From an uncultured Methanosarcinales archaeon (lineage in GTDB: Archaea; Nanobdellota; Nanobdellia; Woesearchaeales; DSVV01): DNA of 64,000 bases. Shown one piece after another: positions 29,273 to 38,312 of the stretch. The notes below the pieces were generated by a model. It saw only the letters and a list, made by a program, of their open reading frames with translations. It did no database searches and was not told where the DNA came from. The translations under genes and the position numbers were made by a program. Where the stretch lies: positions 7,165 to 71,164 of the forward strand of contig CAZKVI010000001.1 in assembly GCA_964556185.1 (NCBI GenBank). Reading direction: 5' to 3'. Within the stretch, counting starts at the first letter, position 1, and each line of letters begins with the position of its first letter.

Positions 29273-30508
29273 ATGGAACCATTAATCCTAATATTATTAT
29301 GCTTAGCAGCTTCGTTTATTATCTCAGAATTCTTTATAATCATAGGTATTCCAAGGGTAATTGGTCCATTATTAGTTGGATTGGTTTTGGGTTTGCCAAG
29401 TGTTTATGATTTCTTTTTTGTTCTTTCTCCAGAGAATTTAACACTATTAAATGCATTTGCAGAACTTGGTTTGATATTCTTTATGTTTTATATTGGATTA
29501 AAACATGATATTTCACCTTTTAGAAAACACAGAAAAGGACAAATATTTGGAATCTTCACAGCTTTAATTCCATTTTTGTTAGGGTCTATTACAACTTTTA
29601 TTCTTTTTAAAATAGGAGCAATTCCTATAAATGGAATGAGCAATATTGGAATATTTTTTGTTTCAGTTGTTGTTGGAGGATGTTTAGCTTTATCATCACA
29701 AGCAATTCCTGTAGAAATCTTAGAAGAATTAAAATTAGGCAGAACAAAAATTGGTTCTTATATTCTTGCAGCAGGTGTTTTTGATGATGCAATTGAAATT
29801 TTATTAGTAGCCGGTTTGGTTGCATTTGCTTTTGTTTCAACTGCAGCGCAAACATCATCTGCATTGTTAATTGTTTTTGAAGGAATTATTGGATTTATTT
29901 TATTATTGTTAGTTGCAAGATTTGTTTTTGTACCTTTTAGTCTTGGAATTGTTGAGAAAACAAAATCAAAGATTGATTTATTTGTAATGGCTTTAGTATT
30001 TGCAATATTTATGGCTATTGCAGCGGAATATTTTAAATTGGGTTTGATTTTAGGTGCTTTACTTGGAGGAACAATATTAAGAAAAGTATTTTCATTAGAT
30101 AAATTCCATGAAGATAATTTAGAACATTCTGTAACAGAGCTTATAAAAGTAATAACTTTATCATTTTTTGTACCTTTTTTCTTTATTTGGATTGGTATGA
30201 ATGCTTCATTAACTTCTTTTTTTGCAAGTCCTTTTTTAGCAATTGTTTTAACATTAGTAGCAATAATTGGAAAAGTTGGTGGTTCAATGATTGCTTCGGC
30301 AATGACAGGAGAAAATCGCTTGTTTGGTATTGTTGTTGGTTTTGGATTAAATGCAAGGGGTGCAGCAGAGTTAGTTGCAGCAAAAATAGCTTTAGAAGCT
30401 TCTATTATTCCAGAAAGTGTATTCTCAGCATTAGTGTTTATGACTTTGTTTACTACAATTGTTTCTCCAATAGTGTTTTCTTTTTTAGTAAAAAAAGCAA
30501 AGACATAA
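29273..30508 (+). CDS. Cation:proton antiporter (CPA2 / Na+-H+ exchanger family).
   Basis: About 11-12 TM helices, with sodium/hydrogen exchanger-like motifs (AGLVLGLP, FFMFYIGLK). Confidence 0.6.
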   Translation: MEPLILILLCLAASFIISEFFIIIGIPRVIGPLLVGLVLGLPSVYDFFFVLSPENLTLLNAFAELGLIFFMFYIGLKHDISPFRKHRKGQIFGIFTALIPFLLGSITTFILFKIGAIPINGMSNIGIFFVSVVVGGCLALSSQAIPVEILEELKLGRTKIGSYILAAGVFDDAIEILLVAGLVAFAFVSTAAQTSSALLIVFEGIIGFILLLLVARFVFVPFSLGIVEKTKSKIDLFVMALVFAIFMAIAAEYFKLGLILGALLGGTILRKVFSLDKFHEDNLEHSVTELIKVITLSFFVPFFFIWIGMNASLTSFFASPFLAIVLTLVAIIGKVGGSMIASAMTGENRLFGIVVGFGLNARGAAELVAAKIALEASIIPESVFSALVFMTLFTTIVSPIVFSFLVKKAKT

Positions 30509-30580
30509 CTCTTTATAAATGAATCAGCACCATTTTTATATAAATTATAAGGGTTAGTTTAATATATTATAATTACATAT

Positions 30581-30623
30581 TATGTACTGAAAGCAATTAA
30601 TAAATTAATTGCTTTAGTACATA
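30581..30623. promoter_or_regulatory. 43-bp near-perfect palindrome between the antiporter and response-regulator genes. It could be a rho-independent-like hairpin or a dimeric operator.
   Basis: tatgtactgaaagcaattaat-aa-attaattgctttagtacata has 18/17-nt arms with one indel. A second hairpin, aaagca-ttttc-tgcttt, follows. Confidence 0.55.
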
Positions 30624-30708
30624 CAAAAGCATTTTCTGCTTTTAGTATGTAGTAGGGGAAAAAGATAAATCTATTATTTAGATTACTAAACAACACGGAG
30701 GGAAAATA

Positions 30709-31089
30709 ATGACAGAGAAAAAGCGAGTACTTGTGGTTGATGATGAGCCACACATTGTGAAACTAGTGAAACTTAGTTTAGGAAACCAAAATTATGACAT
30801 TGTTGGTATAACTTCAGGTAAAGAAGCAATTTCATATGTAAATGATAATGCTCCTGATATTTTGGTATTAGATCTTATGATGCCAGGAGTTAATGGCTAT
30901 GAGGTTTGCCAAGCTGTACGTGAAAATCCTAAAACAAAAGGCATACCAATTATAATCTTATCAGCTAAGAGTCAAATGCTTGATAAATTAAATGCAATTG
31001 ATGTTGGAGCAGATGATTATATGTGTAAACCATTTGATCCAGATGAATTAGCTAGAAGAATCAAACTTAATTTAAGTATGGTTACATGA
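30709..31089 (+). CDS. CheY-like response regulator receiver protein (stand-alone).
   Basis: VLVVDDEPHIV, DLMMPGVNGYEV, ILSAKSQ, KPFDPDEL. Confidence 0.8.
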   Translation: MTEKKRVLVVDDEPHIVKLVKLSLGNQNYDIVGITSGKEAISYVNDNAPDILVLDLMMPGVNGYEVCQAVRENPKTKGIPIIILSAKSQMLDKLNAIDVGADDYMCKPFDPDELARRIKLNLSMVT

Positions 31090-31118
31090 TTAAGTATTTA
31101 CAAAAAGGGGTGGTTTTT

Positions 31119-31256
31119 ATGGAAGAAGGCCTATATTTGGACTTTAGTAATTTTGAAGAATTAAATTTAGATATAAATAATATAAAAAATATAGAAAATA
31201 GGCTTATTTCAGGTGAAATAACCAAAGAAGAGGCTCTTTTTCTTTTGAAGCACTAA
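31119..31256 (+). CDS. Possible 45-aa small ORF downstream of the response regulator.
   Basis: ATG-initiated ORF MEEGLYLDFSNFEELNLDINNIKNIENRLISGEITKEEALFLLKH. It is below the ORF-track cut-off and has no homology support. Confidence 0.2.
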   Translation: MEEGLYLDFSNFEELNLDINNIKNIENRLISGEITKEEALFLLKH

Positions 31257-31370
31257 ATGTGCTATTTTTGTTACTTTTTGGCGATTTATTCGTTAAATTT
31301 AAATATTAATAAGTCCAAGAAGTAGTTTATAGTACATATTACTGTGAAAAAGTAGATATGGAGGGATATT

Positions 31371-31793
31371 ATGAGAAAGATAATAGTAACATTATTGGTG
31401 ATTGCTTTGATGCTCACTATAGCAGGATGTGGTAAGGATGCAGAACCTGCACCAGTACCAGCACCAGCACCAGTAGTTGAGCCAGAACCAGTAGTAGAAC
31501 CAGAACCAGAACCTGAATTAGTTCCAATTGAAGTTGATGAAGAAGCAAAAACAACAGAAATTAAAGAAGAACTTTATGAAGAAGGTTCATGTGTTGATAC
31601 AGATGGTGGTGAAAACTACGCTGTAGCAGGAGAAGTCTGGGACACTGATGGTGGTCATGACGACGATACATGTAGTAGAAGTAAAGTTTACGAAAATAGA
31701 CTTTATGAAATGATTTGTGGCGAAGACGGCACAAAAGAAAGAATCACATACGAATGTCCAAATGGATGTGTCGATGGTGCATGTGTTGAATAA
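31371..31793 (+). CDS. Cysteine-rich secreted lipoprotein.
   Basis: Signal peptide plus lipobox LTIAGC, a Pro/Ala/Val/Glu-rich linker, and a C-terminal domain with 6 Cys. Confidence 0.55.
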   Translation: MRKIIVTLLVIALMLTIAGCGKDAEPAPVPAPAPVVEPEPVVEPEPEPELVPIEVDEEAKTTEIKEELYEEGSCVDTDGGENYAVAGEVWDTDGGHDDDTCSRSKVYENRLYEMICGEDGTKERITYECPNGCVDGACVE

Positions 31794-31818
31794 AAAGGTT
31801 AATTCCTTTTTTTCTTTT

Positions 31819-31856
31819 ACAGAAGTCTAACGACTTCTTACTTTCCTAACGGAAAG
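31819..31856 (+). terminator. Two tetraloop hairpins followed by an oligo-T tract. This is a terminator-like element and the second copy of the 12905..12977 motif.
   Basis: agaagtc-taac-gacttct (31821-31838) and ctttcc-taac-ggaaag (31841-31856), then tttctttttttattttt. Confidence 0.5.
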
Positions 31857-31929
31857 TTTCTTTTTTTATTTTTAAATATTAAATAGTTTTAAATATAATT
31901 AAAACAATACTTAATATTGGGTGTGATTA

Positions 31930-32115
31930 ATGTTTGAATTTTTCCAAGAACATAAAATATTAGTGGGGGTTATTGTAATAACTGTTTTATATTGGCTTTA
32001 TTATATTTATAAGAATCTAACTGCTAATAATATTCAAATTTCTGGCTTTGATCAAGAATATGATAAAGTTTTGAGTTCTAGAAAGTACAAAGTCAAAGGT
32101 AAGTTTGAAGAATAA
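31930..32115 (+). CDS. Small membrane protein (61 aa).
   Basis: Single TM ORF, unsupported otherwise. Confidence 0.25.
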   Translation: MFEFFQEHKILVGVIVITVLYWLYYIYKNLTANNIQISGFDQEYDKVLSSRKYKVKGKFEE

Positions 32116-32117
32116 AG

Positions 32118-33896
32118 TTAAGGGCCACCAGGTGCTGTAAGTGCTATATCATATCCAGTAACAGTGCTTATATCACCCATAATTTCTGTCATAAGTGGAT
32201 CTAAAGCACATTCACCACCAACTCTATAAGTTGTACCACCACAAGTAGCTGTTACATAATGTTCAAATGGTGCACCAGGACAAGTTCCACTTAAATCACT
32301 AGCTAGTCCAGAGAATCCATTATCTTCTAATGATTGTTCAAGTGTTTGTAATTGTGTTGCATCTAATGTTCCATTACCTGGAGGAAGTCCAGTCATATTT
32401 ATTGAGTAAGCTCCACTAGCATCAATTGAAATTTCAAGTGATCTTCCGCCTGCTGTTAATGTATATCCCATTGGTGCAGTACATGGGCCTGTTGGTCCAC
32501 TTGCTGTTGGTGTAACAGTACTTCCAGGAACACCTGTAGTTGTTGTGCCAGTAGCACCTGCAGCAGTTGTTGGTGTGTATACTGTTGGAGCATCTCCTCC
32601 AATTAAATATTCTACACCTTCTTGGAATACTTCAGGATTTGGATTTCTAGGAATACCTTCAACTTCAATATCAAATTCATATATACAATCAGGAGCTGTT
32701 GCTTCAGCTGCTTCTAAAGGATTAATAACTACATGTACATTATTATCAGGAGAATGTGAATAAACCCATTGAACATTAAATCTTCTTTGATTAGCAGCTC
32801 CAGGTCCGCATTTGAATACATATCTTGCACTTACTTCTAAGTTTCCATCATCATTCCAATATTTGTTAGTTATTCTTCGAACTCCTGCTGCGTCAGCACC
32901 ATCAGGATTACCTATTACTCTATAATTTCCTTGATCTCCTCTAGTTATTCTTGGTAAGCTTGCTCCAGAACTTTCTGTTGGTAAATAAACAACCCTTAAA
33001 TCTTTTCTTTCTTCTGGAATTATACCAGCTAGTTCTATTCTTCTAGCTAAGTCTGCATCTTCTTCAGCTGTTCTTGCAGCTCTTAATGCAATTCTTGCTT
33101 CTGTTATTTCAGTTCTTTCTTCTTCATATGCTTCTGTTGTAGCATCAATAATTCCTTGAACAGCAATTAAATCTTGAGCATAATGAGTTAATGTTTCTTG
33201 AGCAGCTACCTTAGCATTTTCTATTCCATCTTCATAAAAATCAATATCAACCCATTGTCCACCAACATAAATTAATTTATTTCTCTCTCCTGAAACTGGT
33301 ACAGGACTTTGTTCATATCCAGCAACTAGGCTAGGATTTTTTGTTAATGTAATTGTTGTTGCTTCAAAATTACCTATTGTTACAACATCATATCTTTTTT
33401 TGTGTTCTATTCTAGATTTTCTAGCATGTCCATTTAATTCATTTGCTAAATGCCCAAATCCATCTACATTAGTATAAACATCAATTGCAATTCTTTTTTC
33501 AGTTGGTGTTTCACAATCAGTTGCTTCAGTAGTTACTGGATTGCATTCATCTGTACCAGCCACATCAGTAGTAAGTACATATTCACTAGAAGCAAAAACA
33601 TAAGCAGTGTGTGTATTTCTATCAAAGAATCTGTATTCTGTTCCATTTAAAGAATTAATTTTTCGAACATCGTAATTACTTAAACTATCAACAATTGCTT
33701 CTCTTATATTATCATGAGAATTTCTGTATATTCCTTCTAACATATCACCAAGTTCTCCTTGGTTTGGTATTTCAAATTCAGGTGTTGCAGTTGCAGTAGT
33801 TGCTTGAGCTTTTGCACCAGTATTTACAGGAAGTAATGTACTTGCTCCTAGTAATAATAATGCTGCTGCTTTTGCTAAAAAACCTTTAACTCTCAT
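32118..33896 (-). CDS. Secreted protein with a signal peptide and a Thr/Gly/Pro-rich C-terminal region.
   Basis: MRVKGFLAKAAALLLLGASTLLPVNTGAKA signal peptide. Its GC content is higher than its neighbours. Confidence 0.5.
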   Translation of the reverse strand: MRVKGFLAKAAALLLLGASTLLPVNTGAKAQATTATATPEFEIPNQGELGDMLEGIYRNSHDNIREAIVDSLSNYDVRKINSLNGTEYRFFDRNTHTAYVFASSEYVLTTDVAGTDECNPVTTEATDCETPTEKRIAIDVYTNVDGFGHLANELNGHARKSRIEHKKRYDVVTIGNFEATTITLTKNPSLVAGYEQSPVPVSGERNKLIYVGGQWVDIDFYEDGIENAKVAAQETLTHYAQDLIAVQGIIDATTEAYEEERTEITEARIALRAARTAEEDADLARRIELAGIIPEERKDLRVVYLPTESSGASLPRITRGDQGNYRVIGNPDGADAAGVRRITNKYWNDDGNLEVSARYVFKCGPGAANQRRFNVQWVYSHSPDNNVHVVINPLEAAEATAPDCIYEFDIEVEGIPRNPNPEVFQEGVEYLIGGDAPTVYTPTTAAGATGTTTTGVPGSTVTPTASGPTGPCTAPMGYTLTAGGRSLEISIDASGAYSINMTGLPPGNGTLDATQLQTLEQSLEDNGFSGLASDLSGTCPGAPFEHYVTATCGGTTYRVGGECALDPLMTEIMGDISTVTGYDIALTAPGGP

Positions 33897-34039
33897 AGTG
33901 TCACCTTTATGATCCAGGGGAACTCATTCCAGTATATAAACCTTTCCCTTTATAGCTCCTTATGAGTGGTAAATCAATTTATACACTAATATTGCAATAG
34001 ATTTATATATTCAAGTATTATTATATTGTTAAGGGGAAA

Positions 34040-35536
34040 ATGGGAGTAAGCATTCGAACAAAGATAATTATGGTTGTGTTGTTTTTAGTACTTTCTTCTA
34101 CAATGATTGTTGGGTTTTATGTTGCACATTTGAAACTACAAGAAATACTAACTCCTACTCTTACAGGGATTTTATTGCAAAAAGAGACATTGTTGATTAT
34201 AGCAATTACATTTATTATGGCGTTTATTATTGCGATAGCATTTTCTTATACAATTACTAAACCTATTGATGATCTGATTTTAGGTACACAATTGGTTTCA
34301 GCTGGTAAATTAGATAGAGAGATTGATAAATTTACAGATGATGAGATTGGGAGATTAGTGGACGCTTTTAATGAGATGAATGTTAATTTAATGCATACAA
34401 CAGAGCAAAAAACAAAGTTTTCAGAAGAAGCTATATTAGAGAAAAATAAAGCAGAACTTATAATCCAGAGCATGGGTGATGGGGTTATTGTGACTGATAA
34501 AGATCAAAAAATTGTTTTGTTTAATCAAGGTGCAGAGAATATCTTTGAAATTGAAGCAAAAAAAGTTTTAGGAAATCATCTTCTTCATTATAAAAGACTT
34601 TTTGGTTTAGAAAAGAATATCTTGGATAGAATTTATAACCCAGATTTTATAAAGAAAAAACAGTCTTTGTCGACGGAAATAGAATTATTGCAACCAACAC
34701 ATACTGTGCTTAAAGTTGATATTGCACCTCTAAAAAATGAGAAGGGTAATGTTCTTGGAACAGTTTTGGTTTGGCATGATATTACACAACAAAAAGAAAT
34801 TGAAAATATGAAAACAGAATTCGTTTCTATGGTAAGTCATGAATTAAGAACACCATTGACAAGTATTAAAGGTTATGCTGCTTTATTACAGGATCCTAAG
34901 CTTGGATTATTGACAGAAAAACAAAATCGAGCTATTTTAATTATTAACAAAGAGTCAGATAGATTAACTTATTTGATTAATGATATTTTGGATTTAAGTA
35001 AATTAGAAGCAGGAAAAATTAAGTTAAATATAGAACCAGTGAACCTCGAAGAATGTATAGATAATGCTGCATCTTTAGAAGATGTTAAAAAGAAAAATAT
35101 CTCTTTTAGAAAGAGAATTCCAAAAAATATGCCTTTAGTCCCTGCAGATAAAGGAAAAATAACACAAGTATTTACAAATCTAATTAGTAATGCAGCTAAG
35201 TTTACTAAACCAAAAGGAAAGATTATGGTTATGTTATCTAATAGAGAAAAAGATGATTTTGTCGTCGTAAAAGTTAAAGATACTGGTATTGGTATTGCAA
35301 AAAAACATATTCCAAATCTTTTCAATAAATTTTATCAAGTTGAGTCACATTTAAGGAGAAATGTTGGCGGAACAGGATTAGGGTTACCAATTGTAAAAGA
35401 GATTGTAACACTTCATAAAGGAGAAATCTCTGTTAAAAGTAAAATAAAACAAGGTACATCTATAATTTTTAAATTACCTAAATTAAAGGAGAAAAAAGAT
35501 GAAGAAGAAAAAGATAAAAAACAAAAAACAAAGTAA
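34040..35536 (+). CDS. Membrane sensor histidine kinase (TM-HAMP-PAS-HisKA-HATPase).
   Basis: Two TM helices, HELRTPLTSIKGYA H-box and N/G1/G2 boxes (NLISNAAKFT, DTGIGI, GGTGLGL). Confidence 0.85.
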   Translation: MGVSIRTKIIMVVLFLVLSSTMIVGFYVAHLKLQEILTPTLTGILLQKETLLIIAITFIMAFIIAIAFSYTITKPIDDLILGTQLVSAGKLDREIDKFTDDEIGRLVDAFNEMNVNLMHTTEQKTKFSEEAILEKNKAELIIQSMGDGVIVTDKDQKIVLFNQGAENIFEIEAKKVLGNHLLHYKRLFGLEKNILDRIYNPDFIKKKQSLSTEIELLQPTHTVLKVDIAPLKNEKGNVLGTVLVWHDITQQKEIENMKTEFVSMVSHELRTPLTSIKGYAALLQDPKLGLLTEKQNRAILIINKESDRLTYLINDILDLSKLEAGKIKLNIEPVNLEECIDNAASLEDVKKKNISFRKRIPKNMPLVPADKGKITQVFTNLISNAAKFTKPKGKIMVMLSNREKDDFVVVKVKDTGIGIAKKHIPNLFNKFYQVESHLRRNVGGTGLGLPIVKEIVTLHKGEISVKSKIKQGTSIIFKLPKLKEKKDEEEKDKKQKTK

Positions 35537-37199
35537 AGAATCTGGAAAAAAAAGAAAATTACTAACACACTCAGAGCTTGCAAAGCATGAGGGTTATAAG
35601 TATTTATTCGATTGTGCAGTAGATGGCTTTTTTGTTTCAACTAGAAATGGAATTTATATTGATGCAAATAAAAAAAGTTGTAGAATGTTAGGAAGACCTC
35701 TAAATTGGATTATAGGAAAGCATTTTACAGAATTAATGGCAGAAGAGGTAAGAAAAGAAGCTAGAAAAGGCCATAGGGAACTTTGTAAAAAAGGAAAAAC
35801 AAGGGGAGAAAGAATCTTTTTGAGAAAAGATGGCTCGCTTCTTTATGTTGATTTAAAAGCTAGACAGTTTAATGTTGGAAATAGGCGTTATTATATCTCA
35901 ATGATAAGAGATATTAGTAAAAGAAAGAAATATGAATGGGAATTAGAAGAGAGGAATAAAAGTCTTAATACTTTATTGGAAATTGATAATATTCTTGGTT
36001 CAACTCAAGAGACAGATAAGGCTTTAAAATTAATTTTAGATAAAACTGTTAAGTTTACAGAGTCAGATGCTGGATCACTTGTATTAGTTGAAGAAGGAAA
36101 TCTTGTTATTAAATATATGAAAGGTTATAAAAGAGAAGATATAACTCCTGGAGTAACTTTTAGAAAAGGTATTGTAAAAACAGCAGTTGAAAATAAAGAA
36201 TCGCTTTATGTTCCTGATACAAAAAAAGATAAAAGGGTTGTGAAGTTAGTAATTCCAGCTAGATCAGAAGTAGCAATTCCATTAAAAGTAAAAGGAAAAG
36301 TTATTGGTGTATTAGATTTAGAGAGTAAAAAAGTAGATAATTATTCTAAATTTAAACCTTATCTTAATTTATTAACAAAACATATTTCAATGGTTATTGA
36401 GAATTCTAGATTAGTAGATGAGGTTAGTGATTTTAATGAAAGATTACAGGATGAAGTTTATCAAGCAACTAAGGAATTAAGGATTAAAAATTTAGAATTA
36501 CAAAGATTAGATCAATTAAAATCAGACTTTGTTAGTAGTGTTAGTCATGAATTAAGAACTCCTTTAACAAGTGTAGCAGGTTATGCAAAAGTTCTTTATA
36601 GAGGAAAACAAGGAGAACTAACAGAAGATCAAAAAGATTCATTAAATATAATTATTGAAGAAGCTGAAAGATTAACTAGGTTGATTAATGATGTTTTAGA
36701 CTTGAGTAAGTTAGAGACAGGTAGAATTCGTTTTAAATTAGAAAAAGTTAATTTGGTTGAGAGATTAAAACAATGTGTTGATGTTGTTAAAGCATCTGCA
36801 GAAGAGAGTGGAATAAAACTGACTCTTAAAACTTCAAAAAGTCTTCCACTTATTAATGGAAATAATGATCTTCTTGGTCAAGTTTTCATGAATCTTTTAA
36901 GTAATGCCTTGAAATTTACTGATAAAGGTGGTTTTATTTCTATAATTGTTAGAAAAAAAGAGGATTATCTTCGTACAATTGTTAAAGATAGTGGGTGCGG
37001 AATTCCAGATGAAATGCTTCCAAAATTATTTAACAAATTTTACCAAGCAGATATGTCTATGTCAAGAAAACACGGTGGTACTGGTCTAGGATTGCCTATT
37101 GTTAAACATATTATACAAATTCATAAAGGAAATATTACAGTAGAATCAGAAGTTGGAAAAGGAAGTAGTTTTATTATTGATATTCCAATAAATAGATAG
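35499..37199 (+). CDS. Cytoplasmic sensor histidine kinase (PAS-GAF-HisKA-HATPase). The start is uncertain.
   Basis: HELRTPLTSVAGYA H-box, GAF-like middle region, GGTGLGLPIV G2 box. The 5' end overlaps the upstream kinase gene inside a poly-A/Lys-codon tract. Confidence 0.8.
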   Translation: MKKKKIKNKKQSKESGKKRKLLTHSELAKHEGYKYLFDCAVDGFFVSTRNGIYIDANKKSCRMLGRPLNWIIGKHFTELMAEEVRKEARKGHRELCKKGKTRGERIFLRKDGSLLYVDLKARQFNVGNRRYYISMIRDISKRKKYEWELEERNKSLNTLLEIDNILGSTQETDKALKLILDKTVKFTESDAGSLVLVEEGNLVIKYMKGYKREDITPGVTFRKGIVKTAVENKESLYVPDTKKDKRVVKLVIPARSEVAIPLKVKGKVIGVLDLESKKVDNYSKFKPYLNLLTKHISMVIENSRLVDEVSDFNERLQDEVYQATKELRIKNLELQRLDQLKSDFVSSVSHELRTPLTSVAGYAKVLYRGKQGELTEDQKDSLNIIIEEAERLTRLINDVLDLSKLETGRIRFKLEKVNLVERLKQCVDVVKASAEESGIKLTLKTSKSLPLINGNNDLLGQVFMNLLSNALKFTDKGGFISIIVRKKEDYLRTIVKDSGCGIPDEMLPKLFNKFYQADMSMSRKHGGTGLGLPIVKHIIQIHKGNITVESEVGKGSSFIIDIPINR

Positions 37200-37247
37200 T
37201 GTATTTAATTAAATAATATGTTAGTAATTAATTGAGAGAATAAGTGA

Positions 37248-37532
37248 TTATCTTCTGCCTCTGGTATTTCTTCCACCCATTCTATTGGGTCTTCTATCAG
37301 ATCTTGTTGGATCATCAATTGGTACAGCTCTTCTAGGTCTTTCTTTACCTTCTGTTTTCTTTAATCTAGTAGCATACCCAGCAATAACATTTCTTAATTT
37401 CTTAGATTCAGTATGAATAAGTTCGTCAACTATCTTTTTGTTTTCATCAAAATCCTTAGTTACTCTATCACCATGCTCTTTCATAAGCTGAGTTGTGTTT
37501 CTTTTGATTAAAGATGTTTTAATTCTTCCCAT
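37248..37532 (-). CDS. rps17e: Ribosomal protein eS17 (S17e) with an Arg-rich C-terminal extension.
   Basis: MGRIKTSLIKRNTTQLMKEHGDRVTKDFDENKKIVDELIHTESKKLRNVIAGYATRL matches the S17e core. The tail is ...RRPNRMGGRNTRGRR. Confidence 0.75.
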   Translation of the reverse strand: MGRIKTSLIKRNTTQLMKEHGDRVTKDFDENKKIVDELIHTESKKLRNVIAGYATRLKKTEGKERPRRAVPIDDPTRSDRRPNRMGGRNTRGRR

Positions 37533-37583
37533 GAATTTGCAAGAGAAAGAGGGTATTTATAAAGGTTATTGTTAAATATTATC

Positions 37584-38273
37584 TTAAGCTACTTTTCTGA
37601 GTACACGAGGAGCCCATGATCCAGGTTCAAGATCTTTAGCAGCCCTGGTTTTTTCTTCATCAAGAACAAGTTCATCGGGAAGACCATATTTTCCAAGCAT
37701 GCTCCAGCAAGTATAAATTCTTCCACTAATAGGTAAGTTTGAAGCTATGCTAGCTAATGCTTCTAAAACCAATCTTCTACTTTGTTTCCTGTGCCTTAAA
37801 GTCCATCCACTTACTTTTGCATTTGAGGCATAAATTTTAGTAACACTTTCAATAGTTGCTCCAAGAGCAAAGATATCGTCACCTGAAGCAAATTCTAATC
37901 TATCTAATTTACTTCTAATTTGTTCAAGGCGGCCTTCTTCACAGAAATATCTTCTTCTTAATCTAGTACGGTCTTCTAAAATTGCATCAGAAAGACGGAA
38001 AGTTGAACAACCTCTTGAATGATAAGGAGCTATTGATAAAAATGTTTCATAGTCTCCTCTACTTAGTGCTTCTACTCTTTCACGAACATATGCAATTTGA
38101 TGGGGATTTTTATCACAAACAATTACTCTTCCTGCATTCTCTAGCATTGCAAGAGCTTGGTCACCTCCACTTGTCACAGTTAATATGGTGTCTGAAGTAG
38201 AAGGTTCTAATCCTGCCATGATTGCGTTAACATTTTCATTTGTTGCAAAATATTCTAATCCAGGTCTGCTCAT
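37584..38273 (-). CDS. Hypothetical Rossmann-like protein (possible SAM-binding / DUF3419-like). The gene is GC-elevated.
   Basis: ILTVTSGGDQALAMLENAGRVIVCDKNP resembles a nucleotide-binding beta1-loop-alpha1 followed by an acidic beta2 end. GC is about 42% against a ~31% background. Confidence 0.3.
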   Translation of the reverse strand: MSRPGLEYFATNENVNAIMAGLEPSTSDTILTVTSGGDQALAMLENAGRVIVCDKNPHQIAYVRERVEALSRGDYETFLSIAPYHSRGCSTFRLSDAILEDRTRLRRRYFCEEGRLEQIRSKLDRLEFASGDDIFALGATIESVTKIYASNAKVSGWTLRHRKQSRRLVLEALASIASNLPISGRIYTCWSMLGKYGLPDELVLDEEKTRAAKDLEPGSWAPRVLRKVA

Positions 38274-38312
38274 AATTGTAAAGAATTAAGTTTTATTATA
38301 ATAGTCTTTTGT

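Noticed and set aside
35499-35560. Single fused double histidine kinase produced by frameshift.
   Set aside because: The second ORF has its own complete PAS-GAF-HisKA-HATPase set and a plausible Met. Fusion cannot be supported without read-level data, so it is kept as a low-interest note only.
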